Origin: a bacterium
Lineage (GTDB): Bacteria; Patescibacteriota; Minisyncoccia; Portnoybacterales; GWB1-42-6
NCBI GenBank assembly: GCA_043800535.1
Contig: JAZDMV010000002.1
Location: 11,378 to 75,377, forward strand
Length of the DNA: 64,000 nucleotides
Reading direction: 5' to 3'
The position numbers were made by a program, and so were the translations under genes. Under the pieces are notes generated by a model that saw only the letters and a program-made list of their open reading frames with translations, ran no database searches and had not been told where the DNA came from. Positions 10,526 to 19,399 of the stretch are shown in pieces (within the stretch, counting starts at the first letter, position 1; every line of letters begins with the position of its first letter).

Positions 10526-10855
10526 TTACAGTTGAAGTTCGTCAACCACCTGGTCAACGTTTCTGGGACCCTCGCTGGGAGTTTCCTGTCGCGGAACGCG
10601 CCCGCCTTCCGGCTCTTCAATCTTGAAGTTCACGCGGGCATTGTGTTTTGCACCAATCACCCGGAGTAAAGTTCTGATTGCGCGGGCCGTCGAACCCTGT
10701 CGGCCAATCACCTGACCCATATCCTCGGGGTTGACTTTGAGCGTCAAAAGAACGCCCATTTCATCAATCTTTCGGTCGGTTTTCGCTTCGTCAGGATGGT
10801 CAACAATGCTCTTGATGATATATTCCACGAACTCTTGGTCTATATTTTTAGCCAT
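10526..10855 (-). CDS. KH-domain RNA-binding protein (YlqC/KhpA-like)
   Basis: 109 aa with a GRQG motif (VIGRQGSTARAIRTLL). Conserved position between rpsP and trmD. Confidence 0.7.
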   Translation of the reverse strand: MAKNIDQEFVEYIIKSIVDHPDEAKTDRKIDEMGVLLTLKVNPEDMGQVIGRQGSTARAIRTLLRVIGAKHNARVNFKIEEPEGGRVPRQETPSEGPRNVDQVVDELQL

Positions 10856-11172
10856 ATCTTTCTTAAAATCAATGAGGCATTACTGATATTCGTAGTTCGA
10901 CCTTCAAAGCATACCTGCTTGAGTGCTACTACGTTATTCACTATTATCCGCCGTTGGAATAGATAAGTCAACCCCGTTAGAGATTTTCAACGTTTTGCCA
11001 TTTTTCACCGAACTAAGCCGAAGGCGAGTTCGCTTGATGAGAATTGAACTACCAGGCAACTTTATTGAATCTCTAACGGGGTCAAGATTTTTTGTAAACT
11101 AAAAGCCCCGACCGTTTTCGCGACAGGGCTCGTTTCTTATCAAGCTTTATAAAATTATTTCTGGGTCGGCTC

Positions 11173-11637
11173 TTACTCTTTTTGTTCCGGTTCAACCGAC
11201 TCTTCATTCTCCTCAATCGATTCTTCCTTTTTCTCTTCCTGCGCTGGCTCGACTGCAGGCTCGTTATTTTCCGCGACTGCGGCTGGCTCTGCTTCTGGCG
11301 CTTTTTCCGCCTTCGCTAAAGCTTCGGCGGACACGTCCGCTTTTGGTGTTCCGGCGGCGACACCTTCTCTCTTTTTTGGCCGCCAGGCCTTAACCTTCTC
11401 GCCCTTGATCACATCCGAACTAATCAACAAATTATTCACTGTCGGCGAGCATTTTGCGCCTTTGCTCATCCAATATAAAATCCGCTCTTGTTTAAAAGAT
11501 TTGCTTTTGAGCTTTGGATTATAAAACCCCAATTCCTCAAGGAATTTACCCTTAACGGGATTTGAGCTTTCTGTAACCACCAGCCGAAAGCTGGGATCAT
11601 TCCTCCTGCCGCGTCTTGTTAATCTTATTACTAACAT
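11173..11637 (-). CDS. rpsP: 30S ribosomal protein S16 with acidic C-terminal extension
   Basis: MLVIRLTRRGRRNDPSFRLVVT N-terminus. Confidence 0.85.
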   Translation of the reverse strand: MLVIRLTRRGRRNDPSFRLVVTESSNPVKGKFLEELGFYNPKLKSKSFKQERILYWMSKGAKCSPTVNNLLISSDVIKGEKVKAWRPKKREGVAAGTPKADVSAEALAKAEKAPEAEPAAVAENNEPAVEPAQEEKKEESIEENEESVEPEQKE

Positions 11638-11664
11638 TGTTTTTTATTGTTATCTGTTATCTAC

Positions 11665-12378
11665 CTATTGTCCATTCCATCCCTTCTTCTTCAGCCCATT
11701 TTCCGCCGCTTTTTGCTGGGCCTCCTGCTTGGAAGGCCCTTCGCCTTCGGCCACCAATTCTTCGTCCAGAAACACACCGACTTTAAAATGCTTGGAGTGG
11801 TCCGGTCCCCATTCGGCCATAACTTCATAACTTGGCGTCACGCCTACCCTTTCCTGCGACTCTTCCTGAAACTTGCTTTTGGCGTCTCGGTAGCTTCCCT
11901 GCTCCAATATCGTAGGCAGAAGGACTAAAACATTTTTATTCACAAACTCTGTTGCCTTATCCATCCCCTGGTCGTAATAAATCGCGCCGATCAACGCTTC
12001 AAGTGCGTTGGCCAAAATATAATTTCTGGCGCGTCCGTTATCTTTGGCCTCTCCGCGGCTAAGCATCACATGGCTGTTTAAGTCAAGCTCAAGAGCAATT
12101 TCGGCCAAGGTTTTTGCGTTAACCAGCGCCGCCCGCCAATTGGTCAGCTCGCCTTCAGGGTTTGGGTAATTGCGGTAAAGATATTCCGTCACCGCCAACT
12201 CCAGCACCGCGTCACCCAAAAATTCCAGCCGTTCATTTTGGCCGACGGCAAAATCTGGATTCTCGTTCAAGTATGAACGGTGCACTAAGGCCTGCTGAAG
12301 CAACTTCTCGTCGTTAAACTTGATACCGATCTTTTTCTCAAAACTTGCTAAGTCACTCATCTCTAAGTCAAAAATCAA
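11665..12378 (-). CDS. rnc: ribonuclease III
   Basis: ERLEFLGDAVLEL catalytic signature, C-terminal dsRBD. Confidence 0.85.
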   Translation of the reverse strand: MIFDLEMSDLASFEKKIGIKFNDEKLLQQALVHRSYLNENPDFAVGQNERLEFLGDAVLELAVTEYLYRNYPNPEGELTNWRAALVNAKTLAEIALELDLNSHVMLSRGEAKDNGRARNYILANALEALIGAIYYDQGMDKATEFVNKNVLVLLPTILEQGSYRDAKSKFQEESQERVGVTPSYEVMAEWGPDHSKHFKVGVFLDEELVAEGEGPSKQEAQQKAAENGLKKKGWNGQ

Positions 12379-12476
12379 AAGTCAAAAGTCAAAATTGCAG
12401 GTCAAAATTAAAAAGTATTTGAACTTTAAAACTTTTAGCTTGAACTTTTGGCTTTTGAGTTTTGAATTTTTAAAGA
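12379..12476. promoter_or_regulatory. about 100-bp AT-rich imperfect hairpin immediately upstream of rnc
   Basis: tcaaaagtcaaaagtcaaaa... mirrored by ...ttttgacttttgagttttga. Candidate RNase III autoregulatory or processing stem. Confidence 0.4.
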
Positions 12477-12914
12477 TTACTCGTCTTTCTGCGGCTCGCC
12501 GATCTCCCGATAAATCGTCCCTAAGACTCCGTTGATAAATTTGCCGCTTGACTCTCCGCCAAAACTTTTAGCCAGCTCAATGGATTCATTAATGGCGACT
12601 TTAGGCGGCACTTCTTTTCTGTCGCCAAAAAGCAGTTCATATAGCCCAAGCCGCAGGATATTTCTATCAACTATGGTTATTTGTTCAATCGGCCATTCGG
12701 GAGCAGATTTTGAAATTATTTTGTCCAATTTTACCAGATTTTCTACTACGCCTTTAACAAGCCGCTCAATAAATTCAACCGAATCCAAACCAGGGCCGAA
12801 CTCCTTGATGTTGCGGCTGATTATTTCCTTTAACTGCGAATTGTCTTTGCCGGCAAAATCCCATTCATAAAGGGACTGCATGGCAATGGAACGGGAAAGA
12901 TGTCTGTTAGCCAA
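12477..12914 (-). CDS. nusB: transcription antitermination factor NusB
   Basis: [13 protein letters not shown] NusB signature. Confidence 0.8.
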   Translation of the reverse strand: MANRHLSRSIAMQSLYEWDFAGKDNSQLKEIISRNIKEFGPGLDSVEFIERLVKGVVENLVKLDKIISKSAPEWPIEQITIVDRNILRLGLYELLFGDRKEVPPKVAINESIELAKSFGGESSGKFINGVLGTIYREIGEPQKDE

Positions 12915-12972
12915 TTTATCAATTTCCTGATTTCCAGATTGCCTAATGTCGGAAGCCAGGACATTATGATAT

Positions 12973-13251
12973 TTATTTTACGCTAAGACTTTCCATGCTC
13001 GTTTCTTTTTTCGTTTCTTTCTCCTGCTCTGCCATCTCCTTTTCCTTGTCGCGCCGCTCTTTTTTGGTCAGTTTCTTCAACACATCAATAACTTCTTTTC
13101 CTTTAAAAGTTCCACAATTTAGGCAAGTCCGGTGCGGCAGAACGCTCTTCCCACACTTCGGGCACACGCCCAAGATCTGCGCTTTTAGAGCGTGGTGCGA
13201 ACGCCTTCTGTTCCTCCGCGATTTTGTATGTCTCTGTTTCGGTACCGGCAT
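12973..13251 (-). CDS. rpmF: 50S ribosomal protein L32 with Lys/Glu-rich C-terminal tail
   Basis: [23 protein letters not shown] plus CPKCG..C zinc ribbon. Confidence 0.8.
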   Translation of the reverse strand: MPVPKQRHTKSRRNRRRSHHALKAQILGVCPKCGKSVLPHRTCLNCGTFKGKEVIDVLKKLTKKERRDKEKEMAEQEKETKKETSMESLSVK

Positions 13252-13293
13252 ATTCTGAATTTTTGCGGTCAAATTAAAAATGACACCACAATT

Positions 13294-13376
13294 GTGTCAT
13301 CCCGAGCCCCGTAACTGGACGAGGCAACCTTATTTCAGAATCTCGCTTCGGGACTCTAAAATAAGACTAGAATGAC
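13294..13376. repeat. palindromic repeat family B copy (gtcatcccgagc...ctagaatgac)
   Basis: Terminal inverted motifs resemble the family. Intergenic position. Confidence 0.4.
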
Positions 13377-13477
13377 TTTACTTCGCAGTATAGCAGACAA
13401 TTTTACTCCTGACAAGAGATGACAAAGCCCGCATAACCAAAAAGGCCAACGGGCTATTTTTTCTTACTGTCTTTTTG

Positions 13478-13789
13478 CTATCTGTTAAACCAGATCCACT
13501 TCATTCCAATAAACTCTTCGTAGTCGGGTAAAAAATCGTCATAATTCAAGTCAAGCCCCAGGCGGATGTTTTCATCTGCCAACGTAAAAATCACATCATA
13601 GCATCCGGAGCTCTTGTCAAAACGATGCCGTAATCTGGTTATTTTACCTGATATCTGATAACCATATAACTCATTTATTAGGCAATTGGGCGTAGCCGTG
13701 CAAAAATATTCTTCTTCAACCATCTTCCAAAATTCGTCTTTGGTTATCATAGGCCCTCCTTTTTGAATTAAAGAACTTCGGTGCGTCAA
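13478..13789 (-). CDS. hypothetical protein
   Basis: Intact ORF. No recognised motif. Confidence 0.4.
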   Translation of the reverse strand: MTHRSSLIQKGGPMITKDEFWKMVEEEYFCTATPNCLINELYGYQISGKITRLRHRFDKSSGCYDVIFTLADENIRLGLDLNYDDFLPDYEEFIGMKWIWFNR

Positions 13790-13814
13790 GATATAACAAA
13801 TTTTATTCCTAAAA

Positions 13815-14435
13815 TCAACCCTTGCCTGTTTTTAAATTTTTAACAGGCCTGAAACTTCGGCGGTGAATTTTACACGGTCCGTGTTTTTTTATGGCTTCAA
13901 TATGCGATTTAGTTCCATAGCCCTTGTGCTTTTCAAATCCGTATTGCGGGTATTTTTTGGCGTAACGGCACATTATGCGGTCTCGCGTCACTTTGGCAAT
14001 AATTGAGGCGGCGGCGCAGGAAAAAATTTTTTCGTCGCCCCTGATAACTGCCTTCTGGCCGAAGGCCAGGCCGCGAATTGTAAAATTCCCGTCTAAAAGC
14101 AAATAGTCCGGTTCTGTTTTCAAACAAACTATCGCTTTTTTCATAGCCAGCTTCGTCGCCTCAAATATGTTGATCTGGTCAATTATTCTGTGCGAAACAA
14201 TGCCTACTCCCCATTTAATATCGGGATGCCTCGTCAAAATTTTATACCATTCTTCCCGCTGCCTCGCCGTCAATTTCTTTGAGTCGCGTATTGTATGAAA
14301 TAACTCCCCCTCGCCCCCTCTTAATTTAAGAGGGGGGTGGGGGGCGTTATAATTATTTACCGTGACAGACACCGCCCCTGCCACGACCGGCCCGGCCAAG
14401 GGCCCCCTCCCAGCCTCGTCCAAACCGACAACCAT
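13815..14435 (-). CDS. rnhB: ribonuclease HII with in-frame palindromic insert
   Basis: MVVGLDEAGRGPLAGPVV N-terminus. Insert NNYNAPHPPLKLRGGEGELF is encoded by palindrome cccctcttaatttaagagggg (about 14315-14336). Confidence 0.75.
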   Translation of the reverse strand: MVVGLDEAGRGPLAGPVVAGAVSVTVNNYNAPHPPLKLRGGEGELFHTIRDSKKLTARQREEWYKILTRHPDIKWGVGIVSHRIIDQINIFEATKLAMKKAIVCLKTEPDYLLLDGNFTIRGLAFGQKAVIRGDEKIFSCAAASIIAKVTRDRIMCRYAKKYPQYGFEKHKGYGTKSHIEAIKKHGPCKIHRRSFRPVKNLKTGKG

Positions 14436-14570
14436 CTTCGCTCCTTTTCGCCACAACTGCCTCTCTTCATTAAAATTCGGAAAATTTTTAATCCTTGATC
14501 TTCGTTTTTTATTTTTCATCTTTTTATCCTGAGTTTATCGAAGGACTATCTTTTATTTTACCACGCGGGC

Positions 14571-15218
14571 TTGTTTATCGCCACTAAATTTTCTATAATA
14601 GACTATATGCAAGAAACCACCCAGAGAATAAATCTAAACTGGTCCGCCGTTGAAAAGGCCCTTGCTGAAGGAACTTTTTCTGGCTATAAAATCGGCATTC
14701 TGGAAACCGAAAAGGTATTTGACGGGTTTCTGGCCGCCAAAAAAATTCCCGGCCTCACAATTGACGCAAAAATTAAATATGTGGCTGATTTTTTAAGCCG
14801 GGCCGAACAGCTAAGATACGCCCGCCAGATGTATAAAAAAATTCTGGAACAGCCGCATTTTGAAATTTCGCGCGAGGAAACCAAACAGGTTGTTTCGGCC
14901 TATTGGCAGGCAATGCTGGATCTGGAAGAAGCGCTTCAAACACTGTCCGCCTGGCAAAAAATGAATCTGCGGCTGCGCTATTTTTACGCCCAGGTCATCC
15001 GCAAAATAAAGATCATCGGAGCGGCTCTGGCCGGCTTTATACTCTTTATTTTATTCTTTAACGACACGATCCTAGGCAAAAAAATAATCATCAACATCGG
15101 CAAAAGCGTTCATTTTCTTGCTTTCACGGCCGGCCCATGGATTTTGGGAACGGTTGCCGCCGCCGTGCTTTTGTGGCTGGGCATGAAAGTGCTTGGGAAA
15201 AAAAGACCGGAATTTTGA
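14571..15218 (+). CDS. hypothetical membrane protein
   Basis: Two C-terminal TM helices. No family recognised. Confidence 0.45.
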   Translation: MFIATKFSIIDYMQETTQRINLNWSAVEKALAEGTFSGYKIGILETEKVFDGFLAAKKIPGLTIDAKIKYVADFLSRAEQLRYARQMYKKILEQPHFEISREETKQVVSAYWQAMLDLEEALQTLSAWQKMNLRLRYFYAQVIRKIKIIGAALAGFILFILFFNDTILGKKIIINIGKSVHFLAFTAGPWILGTVAAAVLLWLGMKVLGKKRPEF

Positions 15219-15342
15219 TTTAAAATTTAGTTTCGAGAAAATCGCCATCCAAAAATTTTGTTTTAAATTCAGGCCGAGGCGAGCGTAAAATTTGCGTGTT
15301 TATGCCTTTGGGCCCCGCAGCAGCGGGGTGCATAGCAAATTT

Positions 15343-15425
15343 AGTGAGACGAGGCCTAGAATTTATCAAAATTTTATGGCTGGCGAGAGCTTTTTGGCTA
15401 CTTTTTGTCGACACAAAAAGTAGCT
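15343..15425 (+). repeat. repeat family D copy 3 (partial) with hairpin gctactttttgtcgacacaaaaagtagc
   Basis: Matches the tail of copies 1 and 2. Confidence 0.55.
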
Positions 15426-15448
15426 TAATAAATAATGAAATTTACTCA

Positions 15449-15541
15449 CTTACACCCCGTAAATCCCGCTACGCGGGACACGGCGTAAAGCCGCGAGGCG
15501 GCCACGCCGCTTTTCGCGGGGCAGGCGTCCACTATATAATA
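15449..15541 (+). mobile_element. about 95-bp GC-rich element inserted at the dnaE start codon; the 18-nt start segment is directly repeated on both sides
   Basis: atgaaatttactcacttacac at 15427 and atgcctaaatttactcacttacac at 15542 flank the insert. The first copy encodes MKFTHLH then hits a stop. The element shares cccgtaaatcc and gcgtaa.gc.cga blocks with 40196-40300. Confidence 0.5.
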
Positions 15542-18500
15542 ATGCCTAAATTTACTCACTTACACGTTCATAGTCATTACAGTCTTCTTGACGGTCTGCC
15601 AAAGATCGACGAGCTTATTGACCATGCGCTGGCGCAGGGAATGGATTCACTTGCCTTAACAGACCACGGCTCGCTTTACGGCGCAGTTGAATTTTACAAA
15701 AAAGCCAAAGCCAAAGGGCTAAAACCGATTATCGGCTCAGAAATGTATATTGCGCCGGGCGGCATGCTTAACAAGCGATCTAGAATTGACGACAAACGCC
15801 ATCATCTTGTCGTTCTGGTTAAAGACAAAACCGGTTATGAAAATCTCGTTAAACTTACAACCAAGGCATGGCTTGAGGGATTTTATTATAAACCGCGCAT
15901 AGACAAAGAGCTCCTGCGCCGGCATTCAGGGGGTCTGGCCGCCCTTTCTGCCTGCATAGTCGGCGAAATACCTTCGGCTATCAGAAATGGTGACCCCAAA
16001 AAAGCGGAGGCGCTGGCCGAAGAATACCAGGATATTTTTGGCAAAGGAAATTTTTTCCTGGAAATAGAACATCATCCTGGAATTAAAGAACAGGAACAGG
16101 TCAATCAGGAAATCATAAAAATCGGCAAAAAATTAAAAATTCCTATTGTCGCTACCAACGACGTACATTATTTAAAGCCCGAAGACGCCGAAGCCCAGGA
16201 TATCTTGATGGCGGTCAACACCAACGCCGCGCTTGATGCGGGCGAACGCCTCTCCATGCGTTCGGACGACTTTTCACTTAAATCGCCCCAGGAAATGGCT
16301 GATTGGTTTCCGGCCACACCCGAAGCGATTGAAAACACCCAAAAAGTAACTGGTCTGTGCAATTTTGATTTTACGCTCGGCAAAATCCAGCTGCCTGAAT
16401 TTAAAGTGCCATCCGGCAAGTCCGATTTTGAATTTTTAAAAGAACTTGCCTATTCCGGCATCAGCCGGCGCTACAAACAAACTTCCAAAGAAATCCTTGA
16501 TCGTCTGGAATATGAACTTGGCGTCATCAAGCAGACCGGTTTTGCTTCTTATTTTTTGATCGTCCAGGATTTCGTCAACTGGGCAAAGGAGAATGGTATT
16601 GTTGTCGGGCCAGGCCGCGGCTCAGCTGCGGGGTCACTGGTCGCCTATCTTTTAAACGTCACCGACATTGATCCCTTAAAATACGACCTCCTGTTTGAGC
16701 GGTTTTTGAATCCCGAAAGAATTTCTATGCCTGATATTGATATGGATTTTTCCGATATCAGGCGAGGCGAAGTGATAGATTACGTACGAAAGAAATATGG
16801 AGACGACCATGTGGCGCAGATCATTACTTTTGGGACAATGGCTGCCCGCGCCGCTATCCGGGATTCGGGCCGCGCCATGGGTTATTCCTACAACTTGTGT
16901 GACCAGGTGGCAAAAACCGTGCCCTTTGTTGTCGGCCAAACGCTCGAGCGCGCGCTGCATGAATCAATTGAGCTACACCAATTATATGATTCCGACGAAC
17001 AGGTTAAAAAATTAGTTGATACGGCCATGAAGCTTGAGGGCGTGGCGCGCCATGCTTCAACCCACGCCGCCGGCGTCGTCATCACAAAGGAGCCGCTTGA
17101 AAAAACCGTGGCACTCCAGCATCCAACGCAGGACGACGCCACAATTGTTTCTCAATTTGAAATGCACGCAATTGAGGATTTGGGCCTTTTGAAAATGGAC
17201 TTTTTGGGGTTGAAAACCCTGACGCAGATCGAAAACGCCATTAATATCGTCAAAAAAACCAAAGGAGAAACAATTGATTTGCCCAACCTGCCGCTAGATG
17301 ACAAAGAAACATTTAAGCTCCTGCAGGAAGGCAAGGCCACGGGAGTTTTCCAGCTGGAATCAGGCGGAATGAAAAGAGTTCTGCGCGAACTTAAGCCGAC
17401 CGAATTTGAAGACATAATTGCTATAGTTGCGCTCTATCGCCCTGGTCCAATGGACCTTATCCCGGAATTTATTGCCCGCAAACACGGCCTTAAAAAAATT
17501 GAATACCTGCATCCTTTACTTGAAAAAATCCTCAAAAAAACCTACGGTATCTGTGTATATCAGGAACAATTGATGGAAATTGCAAAAGAACTGGCCGGTT
17601 TTTCACTCGGCGAGGCGGATGTTTTAAGAAAAGCTGTCGGCAAAAAAATCAAAAAACTGCTGGATGAACAGCGCGAAAAAATGATCCAGGGAATGACGCG
17701 CGGCGGCATTGACACAAAAACCGCCGAAAAGATCTGGGAATGGATTGAACCATTCGCCCGCTACGGCTTTAATAAATCGCATGCCACCTGCTATGCATTA
17801 ATCGGCTATCAAACCGCCTATTTGAAGGCTCGTTATCCGACAGAATTCATGGTTGCCATCATGAATTCTGACGAAGACGACATTGAACGCATCGCCTTTT
17901 TGGTCAATGAATGCAATGCAATGAAAATAGAGGTCCTGCCACCCGATATTAATGAAAGTTTGGAAAGTTTTACTGTTGTCAAAGACGGAATAATCCGTTT
18001 CGGGCTGGCTGCGATAAAAAACGTCGGGCAAAATGTCGTTGAGGCGATCGTGCGAGAACGCAAGGCCAATGACCCCTATGCTTCAATCTCGGACTTTGTC
18101 GAAAGAGTGCGAGACAAAGATCTGAATAAAAAATCCCTGGAAAGCTTGGTTAAATGCGGGGCCATGGATAAACTCGGCGAACGCGGCCAGCTGCTTTTCA
18201 ATATGGAACATATCCTCGATTTTTCACGCGAAATTTCCAAATCAAAAATCAACGGACAAAGCGGTTTATTTGACGCACTGGCGGCCGATTCAAAAATCAA
18301 CGGCCTGCCACCGCTAAAACTGCAACCCGCGCCTGAGGCCGGCAAAAAAGAAAAGTTATCATGGGAGAAAGAACTACTTGGTCTTTATGTTTCAGAACAT
18401 CCCGTCAAAGAGTATCAGGCCTATATAGATAAAACAGCGCTCACCTGCTCGAAAGTTTCTTCGCAATTTGTCGGCAAGAAATTGGCCGTTGGCGGAATTA

Positions 18501-18745
18501 TTTCTAAAATACATAAAATAATCACTAAAACTGGCAAGCCGATGCTTTTTGTCACGCTTGAAGACACAAAAGCAAAAATTGAAGTTTTGGTTTTTCCGCG
18601 AACTCTTGAACAAACCGCCACTGTCTGGCAGGAAGACAAACCAATCATCGTGACCGGCCGGATTGACGATAAGGAAGGAAATATAAAGCTGCTGTGCGAG
18701 GAAGTGCGGGAATTAAACCAAAATCATCTAAAAAACCAATACTGA
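15542..18745 (+). CDS. dnaE: DNA polymerase III alpha subunit
   Basis: MPKFTHLHVHSHYSLLDG PHP domain, then polymerase core and OB fold. The ORF-track start at 15296 is a read-through of the inserted element. Confidence 0.9.
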   Translation: MPKFTHLHVHSHYSLLDGLPKIDELIDHALAQGMDSLALTDHGSLYGAVEFYKKAKAKGLKPIIGSEMYIAPGGMLNKRSRIDDKRHHLVVLVKDKTGYENLVKLTTKAWLEGFYYKPRIDKELLRRHSGGLAALSACIVGEIPSAIRNGDPKKAEALAEEYQDIFGKGNFFLEIEHHPGIKEQEQVNQEIIKIGKKLKIPIVATNDVHYLKPEDAEAQDILMAVNTNAALDAGERLSMRSDDFSLKSPQEMADWFPATPEAIENTQKVTGLCNFDFTLGKIQLPEFKVPSGKSDFEFLKELAYSGISRRYKQTSKEILDRLEYELGVIKQTGFASYFLIVQDFVNWAKENGIVVGPGRGSAAGSLVAYLLNVTDIDPLKYDLLFERFLNPERISMPDIDMDFSDIRRGEVIDYVRKKYGDDHVAQIITFGTMAARAAIRDSGRAMGYSYNLCDQVAKTVPFVVGQTLERALHESIELHQLYDSDEQVKKLVDTAMKLEGVARHASTHAAGVVITKEPLEKTVALQHPTQDDATIVSQFEMHAIEDLGLLKMDFLGLKTLTQIENAINIVKKTKGETIDLPNLPLDDKETFKLLQEGKATGVFQLESGGMKRVLRELKPTEFEDIIAIVALYRPGPMDLIPEFIARKHGLKKIEYLHPLLEKILKKTYGICVYQEQLMEIAKELAGFSLGEADVLRKAVGKKIKKLLDEQREKMIQGMTRGGIDTKTAEKIWEWIEPFARYGFNKSHATCYALIGYQTAYLKARYPTEFMVAIMNSDEDDIERIAFLVNECNAMKIEVLPPDINESLESFTVVKDGIIRFGLAAIKNVGQNVVEAIVRERKANDPYASISDFVERVRDKDLNKKSLESLVKCGAMDKLGERGQLLFNMEHILDFSREISKSKINGQSGLFDALAADSKINGLPPLKLQPAPEAGKKEKLSWEKELLGLYVSEHPVKEYQAYIDKTALTCSKVSSQFVGKKLAVGGIISKIHKIITKTGKPMLFVTLEDTKAKIEVLVFPRTLEQTATVWQEDKPIIVTGRIDDKEGNIKLLCEEVRELNQNHLKNQY

Positions 18746-18940
18746 AACTCATTATTGACAACTGCCCGGGAAACCGATATTCTTATATTACAAGAGCAAT
18801 GACACGGCCTCACCAACCCTTCGACAGGCTCAGGGCAAGCCGCCCAAAAGCATGTCAGACATTGTTCTCGCAGGATACCGGCGAAATAGGCGCCAAAAGT
18901 GGTCCCGCGTAGCGGGGCAACTTGGGTGGAACCACGGGTA

Positions 18941-19000
18941 AAAAAATAACCCCGTCCCAAGAACTTGCTGTTTTAGCGAATTCTTGAGACGGGGTTTTTG
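18941..19000. terminator. bidirectional intrinsic terminator
   Basis: ccccgtcccaagaa...ttcttgagacgggg stem flanked by A-run and T-run. Serves dnaE (+) and the convergent Zn-ribbon gene (-). Confidence 0.6.
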
Positions 19001-19005
19001 TTGGT

Positions 19006-19230
19006 TTATGCCGAGAAAATAAAGTCGGCGCAAAAGTTACCATCGAGTGTTATCGCGCTCTGAAAGAGAATCCTGCTGCCGCATTTTTCACAACCAGAAA
19101 CCTTGCTCGGCTTAACAAGAAACGTGAACATTCTCGACCTTTCGCCAAATGGCACTTCTTCCATTTGACCCTCAATCTTGATATCCCCTCCGCAATTTAT
19201 ACAAGGAACTTTAATATAGTTTTCCATCAT
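19006..19230 (-). CDS. small zinc-ribbon protein
   Basis: CINCGG ... CEKCGS pairs. Confidence 0.5.
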   Translation of the reverse strand: MMENYIKVPCINCGGDIKIEGQMEEVPFGERSRMFTFLVKPSKVSGCEKCGSRILFQSAITLDGNFCADFIFSA

Positions 19231-19320
19231 CGCTCTCCCTTCAAACTGAATTTTATTAAAAACTTAACATTAAAATAACAATAAGTCAATTAATTTTTGG
19301 GTATTTTTTTACACCCGTTT

Positions 19321-19388
19321 TGTCATTCCGGCCTTGAGCCGGAATCCAGATCCTAATTTTCTGGATTCCCGCTTTCGCGTGAATGACA
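19321..19388. repeat. palindromic repeat family B copy in thrS 5' region
   Basis: tgtcattccggccttgagccggaatcc ... ctggattcccgctttcgcgtgaatgaca. Confidence 0.55.
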
Positions 19389-19399
19389 GAAAAAATAAA

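Noticed and set aside
15296-15541. N-terminal 82-aa extension of dnaE in the longest ORF
   Set aside because: It is a read-through of repeat family D and the inserted 95-bp element. The duplicated start segment and the conserved MPKFTHLHVHSHYS PHP-domain start argue for 15542.
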